Assembly: GCA_964493325.1 (NCBI GenBank)
Contig: CAZBMD010000001.1
Span: 59,021-123,020 of the forward strand
Source: an uncultured Pseudomonadota bacterium
Lineage (GTDB): Bacteria; Babelota; Babeliae; Babelales; RVW-14
Reading direction: 5' to 3'
DNA: 64,000 bases
Of the stretch, positions 19,376-27,857 are shown one piece after another (position 1 is the stretch's first letter; each line of letters begins with the position of its first letter). Both the position numbers and the translations under genes were made by a program. The notes under the pieces are model-generated. The model had not been told where the DNA came from and made no database searches. It saw only the letters and a program-made list of their open reading frames with translations.

Positions 19376-19928
19376 TTCTTCCCACGGTTCTTATTTTTTA
19401 CCTATAATCCATTTTGTAAAGTTAAACGATTATAAATTGAGACAAAGACTCTAAGAGCCGCACTAATCAATTTTTTATTTTATCGAATTATTAAAATGCG
19501 AAAATAAGCTCAAAGAGAATTCGAATCTAAAGACTAACTACCATTTATTTTTTCAATTATCGAGTTGAAAGAGCGATGTCTTCGCTCTTAGAAATGCAAA
19601 AATTCAATGACACTGAAATAAAAAATTATTCAAATTATAAAATAAATTAACAGGCAGACATCATGCCTTTTTTTAAAAAAAATAGGCATTGAATTTTATA
19701 AAAATATCTTGACTTTTTTACTATAATTCTTTTCAAAAAACTCTTAAACCGCTTTGGTGAACGTCATTTTCATAAATAAAAAAAATATTTGATTGTACCC
19801 AATCAAATTGATAGATTATAGTTCGCGCCATCAAAAATACATTGTCAAAGAGAAAAATTCTTATTCTGTACAATTGATGGATTATGTATCGTTATAAGTG
19901 GGTATTTTAAAACTCAGGAGAATATCTT

Positions 19929-22415
19929 ATGGATCTTGGTCATGAACGCTTCTCGTTACTCAAGGTCACCAAGCGTGATGGTTCTGTGGTTGCTTTTGAC
20001 ATGGAAAAGATTTCAAGAACCATTCAGCGAGCGATTGTTGGCTTTGAAAACATCGTATCAGTAAAACTAATTCTCTCTGAGGTCTTTAAAATTATTTTTG
20101 ATAAAATTAGTACACACGATCTAGAGAAAGCACTCGTGCTCTCAATCGTGTCTTTTATCGAACAAGACCCTGCATTCAGCTACGTTGCATCACGCGTATT
20201 TTTGCAACAGATTTACAAAGAAGTAAATGGTGCATCAATTAAAGACGGCAATATCGACAAAGTTTACCGTACAAAGTTTATCGAGCACATTTCATGGGCT
20301 ATTGATAACAAGTTAATTGATGAACGCTTCAAAGAATTTGACTTAAAAACTCTTGCAGATGCTCTTGAAGTTGAAAACGACTTATTGTTTGGTTATATCG
20401 GAATCCAAACTCTTTATGAGCGCTACTTCATGAAAGAAGGTTCTCGTGTTATCGAAACGCCGCAGGCGTTTTGGATGCGCGTTGCAATGGGCCTTGCTCT
20501 CAATGAAGTTGATAAAACAGCACAAGCTATTGAATTTTATAAAGTATTTTCATCGCTTCGCTTTATCTCATCAACACCAACACTTTTCCATGCTGGCACC
20601 ACACATCCTCAACTAAGCTCCTGCTACTTAACTTATGTTGATGATGACCTTGACCATATTTTTAAGTGCCTCAAAGATAATGCCAACATGTCAAAATGGT
20701 CTGGTGGCGTTGCCAACTCATGGTCTTCACTACGCGGAACCGGCGCTCCAATTAAGAGTATCAGAGTAAAAAGCCAAGGAGCTATTCCCTTTTTAAAGCT
20801 TGCCAATGACGTTGTTTCAGCCATCAATCGCAGCGGTAGCCGTCGAGGCGCTACATGTGCTTACATGGAAGTATGGCACTATGACTTTGAAGACTTTTTA
20901 GACCTACGACGAAATACGGGCGATGAGCGACGCCGAACTCATGACATGAATACTGCTAGTTGGATTTCAGACTTGTTTATGAAGCGCGTTGAAAACGATG
21001 AACTATGGACACTCTTTTCACCTCACGAAACACCAGACCTTCATGAGCTTTATGGAAAGAAGTTTGAAGAAGCGTATATTAAATACGAAGAGCGAGCTCA
21101 GCGCGGTGAATTAAAATATGTAAAAACAATGCCTGCTCAGCAACTGTGGCGAAAAATGCTCAGTCGCTTATTTGAAACAGGCCATCCATGGGTTACATTT
21201 AAAGACGCATTCAATGTTCGATCTCCTCAAGATCATGCCGGAATCATTCACTCTTCAAACTTATGCACCGAAATTGGCCTGAACACATCAGTTGAAGAAA
21301 CCGCTGTCTGCAACTTAGGATCTATTAACCTAGGCAGACACGTTATTGATGGGAAAATAGATTACAACCTTCTTGCTTCAACAATTAAAACAGCTGTGCG
21401 TATGCTTGATAATGTTATTGACATTAACTTCTATCCAACAGAAGAAGGACGCACGTCAAATCTGCGTCATCGTCCAATTGGTCTTGGAGTTATGGGATTT
21501 CAAGATGCCTTGTATCTTGAAAATATCGCATTTGCAGATGCCCAAGCTCTTGATTTTGCAGACACCACCATGGAATTTATCTCGTATCATGCGATTCTTA
21601 CATCTTCTCAGTTGGCAAAAGAACGAGGAACATACCAATCATACAAAGGCTCCAAATGGGATCGAGGTATTTTTCCACTTGATACCATTGATTTGCTTGA
21701 ACAAGAACGCGGAGTTCCTATCGAAGTATCACGAACAAGCACCTTGGACTGGACTCCTGTGCGTGAGCATGTAAAGCAATTTGGCATGCGTAATTCAAAC
21801 ACCATGGCTATCGCACCAACTGCTACCATTGCAAACATTGCTGGTTGCTTTCCTTGCATTGAACCGATCTTTAAAAACATTTATGTTAAATCAAATATGA
21901 GCGGCGAATTTACCGTTGTGAATGAGTACCTCGTTAAAGATCTAAAAAAAATTGGCATGTGGAACAGAGAGATGCTTGACCAAATCAAGTACTGTGATGG
22001 AAATATCCAGCTGATTCCATCAATTCCAGCACCTATTAAAGCTAAGTACAAAGAAGCTTTTGAGCTAGATCCAGAATGGCTTATTAGAGTTTCTGCTGCA
22101 CGTTTAAAATGGATAGACCAAAGTCAGTCGCACAACGTTTTTATGCGCGGTGTTTCGGGCAAAAAGCTCTACGATATTTACATGACAGCATGGAAAACTG
22201 GCCTAAAAGCAACTTATTATTTGCGTACCATGGGTGCGACGCAGATTGAAAAATCTACACTTGATGCTTCAAAGTATGGCTATACTCAAACTCGGGATTA
22301 TTCAAAAATCGGAGCACAACCAGCAGCTGTCGCATCAACTGAAATCAAAGATGACGACATGGTGATGGGATCTGCCTGTGGACTTAATCAAGAATCTTGC
22401 GACTCTTGTCAATAG
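19929..22415 (+). CDS. nrdA: ribonucleoside-diphosphate reductase alpha subunit (class I)
   Basis: 828 aa with an N-terminal ATP-cone (VTKRDGSVVAFDMEKI), an active-site region (NLCTEI, CNLGSINL) and a C-terminal Cys pair (CDSCQ). Confidence 0.95.
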   Translation: MDLGHERFSLLKVTKRDGSVVAFDMEKISRTIQRAIVGFENIVSVKLILSEVFKIIFDKISTHDLEKALVLSIVSFIEQDPAFSYVASRVFLQQIYKEVNGASIKDGNIDKVYRTKFIEHISWAIDNKLIDERFKEFDLKTLADALEVENDLLFGYIGIQTLYERYFMKEGSRVIETPQAFWMRVAMGLALNEVDKTAQAIEFYKVFSSLRFISSTPTLFHAGTTHPQLSSCYLTYVDDDLDHIFKCLKDNANMSKWSGGVANSWSSLRGTGAPIKSIRVKSQGAIPFLKLANDVVSAINRSGSRRGATCAYMEVWHYDFEDFLDLRRNTGDERRRTHDMNTASWISDLFMKRVENDELWTLFSPHETPDLHELYGKKFEEAYIKYEERAQRGELKYVKTMPAQQLWRKMLSRLFETGHPWVTFKDAFNVRSPQDHAGIIHSSNLCTEIGLNTSVEETAVCNLGSINLGRHVIDGKIDYNLLASTIKTAVRMLDNVIDINFYPTEEGRTSNLRHRPIGLGVMGFQDALYLENIAFADAQALDFADTTMEFISYHAILTSSQLAKERGTYQSYKGSKWDRGIFPLDTIDLLEQERGVPIEVSRTSTLDWTPVREHVKQFGMRNSNTMAIAPTATIANIAGCFPCIEPIFKNIYVKSNMSGEFTVVNEYLVKDLKKIGMWNREMLDQIKYCDGNIQLIPSIPAPIKAKYKEAFELDPEWLIRVSAARLKWIDQSQSHNVFMRGVSGKKLYDIYMTAWKTGLKATYYLRTMGATQIEKSTLDASKYGYTQTRDYSKIGAQPAAVASTEIKDDDMVMGSACGLNQESCDSCQ

Positions 22416-22440
22416 TATAAAACAAATAAAGGAGTACCTC

Positions 22441-23457
22441 ATGAGCGCATTTCGGGACAAAAAATCCATAATTAATAATTCATCCACAGATCCAAATAAA
22501 ATTTTGCCAATGACCTATCTGTGGGCACGAGAACACTACAAAAACGGCATTGCAAATAACTGGACACCTGAAGAAGTTTCAATGCAAAAAGACGTCGAAC
22601 AATGGAAAGCTCATGATGTGCTATCTCCAGAAGAACGTCGACTCATTTTGTGGAATCTTGGCTTCTTTTCAACTGCCGAGTCATTGACTGCAAATAACAT
22701 TGTCCTTGCAGTGTACAAGCATGTTACCAACCCTGAATGCAGACAATATCTTTTGCGCCAAGCATTTGAAGAAGCAGTTCACACAGACACTTTTATTTAC
22801 TGCTGTGATTCATTGGGCCTTGATCCTGATTATATTTTTAATATGTATCAAAGCATCCCATCAATCAAAGCAAAAGATGATTTTGTTGTAAATATGACGC
22901 TTTCTCTTTTTGATGACAACTTTAAAACCGATACAGCACAAAATATTCAAAAGTTCTTGCTCGATCTCATCGGATTTTACGTGATCATGGAAGGCATTTT
23001 CTTCTACGCAGGATTTGCAATGATGCTTGCCCTCAAGCGTCAAAAAAAGATGGTTGGCGTTGGTGAGCAATTTGAATACATTATGCGCGATGAAAGCATT
23101 CACCTTGCTTTTGGTTGCGATTTAATCAACACCATCAAGGCAGAAAATCCTGAAATTTGGGATCATGAATTTCAAGTTAAAGTTATTGAACTGATTAAAC
23201 AATCGGTTGAACTTGAACGCGCGTACGCTCACGACGCTTGCCCTCAAGGACTTTTGGGCATCAACGCGGAGCAGTTCTGTGTGTACGTTGAACACATGGC
23301 TGACCGCCGGCTTGAACGCATTGGCCTGCCAAAGGTTTATCATAAAGAAAATCCATTTCCATGGATGGGATTGATGACTGACCTTGTTAAAGAAAAGAAC
23401 TTTTTTGAAACACGCGTCACTGAATATCAGACCGCTGGATCGCTTAAGTGGGATTAG
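22441..23457 (+). CDS. nrdB: ribonucleotide reductase beta subunit, class Ic-like (Phe at radical-Tyr position)
   Basis: The ATG at 22441 follows aaggag. Ligand pattern is E80, E111-x-x-H114, E184, E218-x-x-H221, with F118 (ttt at 22792-22794) where class Ia/Ib have the radical Tyr. Confidence 0.9.
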   Translation: MSAFRDKKSIINNSSTDPNKILPMTYLWAREHYKNGIANNWTPEEVSMQKDVEQWKAHDVLSPEERRLILWNLGFFSTAESLTANNIVLAVYKHVTNPECRQYLLRQAFEEAVHTDTFIYCCDSLGLDPDYIFNMYQSIPSIKAKDDFVVNMTLSLFDDNFKTDTAQNIQKFLLDLIGFYVIMEGIFFYAGFAMMLALKRQKKMVGVGEQFEYIMRDESIHLAFGCDLINTIKAENPEIWDHEFQVKVIELIKQSVELERAYAHDACPQGLLGINAEQFCVYVEHMADRRLERIGLPKVYHKENPFPWMGLMTDLVKEKNFFETRVTEYQTAGSLKWD

Positions 23458-23483
23458 GTAGACTTGTTTAATTATTAATAAAT

Positions 23484-23525
23484 AAAAAATCCGCTGACGG
23501 GTTAAAGCATCAGCGGATTTTTTTA
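23484..23525. terminator. bidirectional intrinsic terminator
   Basis: A-run, then an 8-bp stem tccgctga/tcagcgga (23490-23497 / 23510-23517) with a 12-nt loop, then a T-run. Lies between the convergent nrdB and lipoprotein genes. Confidence 0.7.
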
Positions 23526-23556
23526 AACTTTAAAGCAAAAATTAATCAGCAATTAT

Positions 23557-24057
23557 TCAGTTATAGGCTATTCCATTTGCACAAAATTCACGCATAAAAT
23601 CTTCTAGAGAACTCAGCCCTTCAGAGAATTTATTGATTAAATAATCAATCGAAGATGGCTCATTATTAACTAATTCGTCGTTACCGTCTACATCTCCAAA
23701 CAACTCTCGTATTTCGTCGATATAGCGTTGCATTCCCTCTTCATCACCTTCATTCAATAATTTGAGCTCCAGCCCGCGAATATCTTGAAAATACTGTTGC
23801 ATTTGGCTAGAGCACGCAAGCTTGCGGAATTCATCAGACTGCTTCAATATCTGTAACTGTTGCTGCATCCTCTGTAAACATTCCTGCATTAGATCTAACG
23901 AGTCTCGATTATTATTTTCATCTAATGAGCTGACAATGTTGTATTCATCCAGATCTAACGTTTGATTCTTAAACTCTTGCATGGCATTTACACTTTGACA
24001 TCCTATTCCAGCAAGTACCAGCGCTGCAAGCGCTAGACTTTTTAATTTGATTTTCAT
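23557..24057 (-). CDS. hypothetical lipoprotein
   Basis: The ATG at 24057 gives MKIKLKSLALAALVLAGIGC with a lipobox L-A-G-I-G-C. The product is an acidic, Q-rich 166-aa protein. This is the cargo gene of the nrdB 3'-end duplication. Confidence 0.6.
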   Translation of the reverse strand: MKIKLKSLALAALVLAGIGCQSVNAMQEFKNQTLDLDEYNIVSSLDENNNRDSLDLMQECLQRMQQQLQILKQSDEFRKLACSSQMQQYFQDIRGLELKLLNEGDEEGMQRYIDEIRELFGDVDGNDELVNNEPSSIDYLINKFSEGLSSLEDFMREFCANGIAYN

Positions 24058-24156
24058 AAAAAAATCCTTTATGTAAAAAAATAAATATAACAACTATAGA
24101 ATAAGCAAAAAATCTACGGAGAGATTACTCGTTTTGTCTTTTTTGTCAAAAATATC

Positions 24157-24275
24157 GCCAAAAGGTTTAATCCTTTTTCGTTGATAGAATTGATGACTGA
24201 CCTTGTCAAAGAAAAATTTTTTTTGAAACAAGCGTTACTGAGTACCTGACTGCTAAATCGCTGAAGTGCGATTGG
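24157..24275 (+). pseudogene. decayed duplicate of the nrdB 3' end
   Basis: Collinear with nrdB 23328-23457. There is an 18-nt exact block attgatgactgaccttgt (23370-23387 = 24189-24206) and roughly 80% identity by eye over about 87 nt. An 11-nt deletion lies upstream of the exact block (nrdB tcataaagaaa, 23340-23350). A 1-nt deletion downstream of it breaks the frame, giving LMTDLVKEKFFLKQALLST*. Confidence 0.8.
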
Positions 24276-24281
24276 CCTAAA

Positions 24282-27233
24282 CTAAAAAGCTTCGCCAATC
24301 GTCAGATACCACGCGTATCCAAGATCATTTGGAATTCTTTTTTTCCACTTCCAACCAATATCAAAGCGCAACGCGCCAATCGGAGTCTTGTATCGCAAGC
24401 CAAAACCTGATGTTGGAAACCACGTATCAGTCAGGCCTAAAAATCCTGACTGGCTCAAGACACCAATATCTTGAAAAAGAACAGTGCCAAAAGATTTGTA
24501 GACCGGAATGCGAAGCTCAATATTACCATTGAGCATAGAACTACCGCCTTGAATAGTATATTCCTTGGTAACCAGCGGATCTATTGGATTTTTGGTGTCA
24601 TCAGATGTGGTATATTCATTAATAATATTGCCATTAAGATCTTTTTCAGTAACACCAAGAGGCGGCACAGCATCTTTTTCGTACCCGCGAACCGAATATG
24701 GTCCCCCAAGATAGAACCGTTCGATAGGCATAACAAAATCAAACTTACGCTTAAAAATATGGCCAATGCGAAGATGGGCTGCAAAAATAACTTTTTTATA
24801 GATAGGATAGAAAAATGATTGCTCGGCAAAAAGCTTTGCGGTTATATCTCCTTTATTTTGCGGAAGCATGAATTTAAGTGAGAAAAATCCCAACCCTCCT
24901 TTGCTCGGATTGAGTCTATTATCAAGATTGTCTATCAGAAGGCTTGGTTCAATAAATAAAAAAGGAAGCGTTGTGTCAATGACGCTACTATTTAATTTTA
25001 AATAGCCTCGTACTCGACTGGTCCGAAGCCACTCGCTCCCCACGTTTATTCCCCAGAAATAATTTTGCTTGTACTCATCACTAATGCCAAGCAAAAAACC
25101 ATTTTGAATAGCCTCGTACGCAGATCCACTCGATCCAATCTGGACAGGATGAACATACTTATTGGCATAACCTTTTATCTTACCCATAAATGGAAAATTT
25201 AACGGAGATGGCAAGGCATAGTCGACATCAAATTTACGTTCAAACTTGGTCCAATCAAAATCAAGCGATAGTTTGTCAGCTCGATTAGTTGGATTTTTTA
25301 AAATAAGCGAAGCTCCCAACTTTGGTGTTGATTGCCGTTTAAAGAGAAAATTTTTACTTGTTAAAAAATAACCAGCACGTAGCCGAACTTCTGCGGTATC
25401 ATCATCGGTTAGAGTCAAAATGATTGGTTTTTTACTACTTGGCTTAGCTAACTGATCAGGCTGAATTTGAACCGATTGAAAGATATCAAGACGCTTTAAC
25501 TTGCGGCGCGTTAGATCAATTTTATCACGACTCCACAAATCACCTTCTTTGCATTTTATTTCTTTTATAATTCGGCTAAACGGAAGCTTGGTATTGCCTC
25601 TGACAATAATTTTTCCAAAACGTACCTGCTCACCCATATCAATTTTCCAGCGAACAAAGATTCGCATCCTGTTATTAATTGTCTTTGAAGCCGGTAAAAC
25701 GAGAAACTCCGGTTCAACGTCTACATACCAATATCCAAGCTTTTGAAAGTAATTCATTAAAAACAGCCGCTGCTCTTGAAGCCAATTATAATTAAAAGGA
25801 ACCCACTGATTTTTAAAATGAGGTCGATATTTTTTAAAAAAATCAGAAGACTCAAGTTGCCGATAACCTTCAATCTCAAACCCATTCCAAAAACGCTGAA
25901 TCCCTTTTTCTACAATTAAGCTAATGGTGTAAGAATCTGTATCTGAGTTTTTTGTAACACGCTGTTCAAGAATCTTAAAATCCCAAAAACCAATAGAAAA
26001 GTATGATTGTGCAAGACGATTTATGCCATCTTCAAGCATCTGCTGATCATACTTTTTTTCATGCAGCAGATCTACGAAGAAAGATGAACATTCCTCCGGA
26101 ATTTCTGTTTTACTATCTCTTATTTCTATATTTTGAACAATAATCGGCTCTTGCTCTTCGATTGAAAAATGAAAACCAGAATTGCCAAGAGCTTGATAGG
26201 TAATCCGTGGCTTCCAATAGCCTCGCTTGTAGTACTCATGCATAATTTGTTCGGTAATAATGTCTGGAGAAAAAAGCCAATCAGGTTCATCAGTCCCTAT
26301 AATGTCTTCACGAATTTCTTGATCACTAAAAAGTGTATTACCGCTAAACCGTAATAATTTTCGCTTCCCTAGTGTAATTGAAACCGTAAGATCAACTGTA
26401 TGTTTTTTTGGGTTCACTTTGCGTGTCAGCAAAATACGGCTATTCAGAAAATCTTTCTTTTTTAAGATAGAGCGCATTTTTTTTATTTGCTTTTGAATCG
26501 AAGCTTTTTCATAGTCTGCGTGTAAAAGCTGGTTCTTAAATTTTCGCTCAATTTCATTAATAAAACTGGGAGCTCGGCCCTTTTCGCCCTGCAAGATAGC
26601 TTTATCAAGATCATTAATTTGAAAAGTAATCGCATTAATTGTGAATACTTGACGACGTTTAATACGTATTTTGACTGTAACAGATTTTCGCTTTTGCGAA
26701 TAAAAAATTTCGTCCGAAACTGACGCCTGAAAAAATCCTTGGTCATAAAGCGTCTTTTTAATGGTTTTTATTGATTCTTCATGTTGAACCACATCAAAAA
26801 CATCCCCAGGCTGAGGAGAATAAAGAGCGACATATTTTTGCCGACCAAAAAGTATCCCCAAAATAGAAACTTTTTTTAACGTCCAAGCGCCTATCAAAGT
26901 AAAGTGAAGGCGCTTCTGAACCCCATCATCAAATAAATCAATATTGATAGAAGCAAATCGCTTCTTGCTCATTAATTGTTTGTACGCATGGATGATATTG
27001 TGTTTGGTAATCAATGAATGAGGCTTAAGGCAGGTAAGATAAAAAAATTCTTCTTTGCTAAAAGGAATATCTGCGTCAAACGTAATTTCATTAAGCATAA
27101 GCGAATCTGCTTGAGATCCAAGCATTGCTGTAATCTTACTAAAATTTCCGCCATAGCCCGGGTCTTGAGAATAGACACTTACACAACAAAAAAATAGATG
27201 TAGAAATAAGAATAATATCTTTTTTGTGATCAC
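24282..27233 (-). CDS. Omp85-family outer membrane protein (TamA/BamA paralog, oversized)
   Basis: 983 aa with a GTG start, a signal peptide and POTRA-like repeats. The C-terminal barrel contains GGPYSVRGY and ends GYAWYLTIGEAF (terminal Phe). Confidence 0.8.
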   Translation of the reverse strand: MITKKILFLFLHLFFCCVSVYSQDPGYGGNFSKITAMLGSQADSLMLNEITFDADIPFSKEEFFYLTCLKPHSLITKHNIIHAYKQLMSKKRFASINIDLFDDGVQKRLHFTLIGAWTLKKVSILGILFGRQKYVALYSPQPGDVFDVVQHEESIKTIKKTLYDQGFFQASVSDEIFYSQKRKSVTVKIRIKRRQVFTINAITFQINDLDKAILQGEKGRAPSFINEIERKFKNQLLHADYEKASIQKQIKKMRSILKKKDFLNSRILLTRKVNPKKHTVDLTVSITLGKRKLLRFSGNTLFSDQEIREDIIGTDEPDWLFSPDIITEQIMHEYYKRGYWKPRITYQALGNSGFHFSIEEQEPIIVQNIEIRDSKTEIPEECSSFFVDLLHEKKYDQQMLEDGINRLAQSYFSIGFWDFKILEQRVTKNSDTDSYTISLIVEKGIQRFWNGFEIEGYRQLESSDFFKKYRPHFKNQWVPFNYNWLQEQRLFLMNYFQKLGYWYVDVEPEFLVLPASKTINNRMRIFVRWKIDMGEQVRFGKIIVRGNTKLPFSRIIKEIKCKEGDLWSRDKIDLTRRKLKRLDIFQSVQIQPDQLAKPSSKKPIILTLTDDDTAEVRLRAGYFLTSKNFLFKRQSTPKLGASLILKNPTNRADKLSLDFDWTKFERKFDVDYALPSPLNFPFMGKIKGYANKYVHPVQIGSSGSAYEAIQNGFLLGISDEYKQNYFWGINVGSEWLRTSRVRGYLKLNSSVIDTTLPFLFIEPSLLIDNLDNRLNPSKGGLGFFSLKFMLPQNKGDITAKLFAEQSFFYPIYKKVIFAAHLRIGHIFKRKFDFVMPIERFYLGGPYSVRGYEKDAVPPLGVTEKDLNGNIINEYTTSDDTKNPIDPLVTKEYTIQGGSSMLNGNIELRIPVYKSFGTVLFQDIGVLSQSGFLGLTDTWFPTSGFGLRYKTPIGALRFDIGWKWKKRIPNDLGYAWYLTIGEAF

Positions 27234-27347
27234 GAATAGTTCTACCTAGTACAAGAGAAGCGTTTTTGCGGCATCTCTTAACTTTACTATTTTTGTTTAA
27301 TTTTGTATCATTCTAACGGAAATTTTTCATTTTTTCTTTGATTTCAT

Positions 27348-27422
27348 GGCCCCATCGTCTAACGGTTAGGACGCTGCCCTCTCAAGGCGGAAATAAGGGT
27401 TCGATTCCCCTTGGGGCCGCCA
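27348..27422 (+). tRNA. tRNA-Glu (anticodon CUC), CCA encoded
   Basis: Cloverleaf read by hand. Acceptor GGCCCCA/TGGGGCC, D arm GTCT-AACGGTTA-GGAC, anticodon stem CTGCC/GGCGG with loop CT-CTC-AA, T loop TTCGATT, then discriminator G and CCA. Confidence 0.9.
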
Positions 27423-27467
27423 TAAAGTTGAGAGAGTTGCAAAGTAAAGTATTGTGTAAAAAATTCA

Positions 27468-27749
27468 TCACTCACCAATAATTCTAAAAACTCCTCTAAA
27501 ATCTTTTTCATTAATCAACGGTTCAACAGTAAGTTCAACAACTACTGATTTATTAGTGCCTTTATATAAATGATCAATCAGTTTATCAAGATTTTCACTA
27601 GGACCACATGCAAGGATGACAACGCTGCCATCATCTGCATTTTGAATGGTGCCTTCAACATTAAGATCATGTGCATGCTTTTGAGCAAACGCTCGATATG
27701 CAACACCCTGAACTTTTCCCATGACTTTGATTTTTACACAGCGCTTCAT
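27468..27749 (-). CDS. acylphosphatase-like protein
   Basis: 93 aa. VKIKVMGKVQGVAYRAF matches the acylphosphatase signature V.G.VQGV.FR. Confidence 0.7.
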   Translation of the reverse strand: MKRCVKIKVMGKVQGVAYRAFAQKHAHDLNVEGTIQNADDGSVVILACGPSENLDKLIDHLYKGTNKSVVVELTVEPLINEKDFRGVFRIIGE

Positions 27750-27857
27750 CCTAATTCTCCTTTTTATGAGCGAGCTGAGCGTATCAGAATATACAAATGG
27801 ATGTCAAAAAATGATATTTTCTTGGTCCTCTATCAATCGAATAGCTATTCTAGAAGT

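Noticed and set aside
19709-19727. TTGACT ... TATAAT that looks like a strong promoter upstream of nrdA
   Set aside because: The hexamers are only 7 nt apart, which is incompatible with a sigma70 -35/-10 pair.
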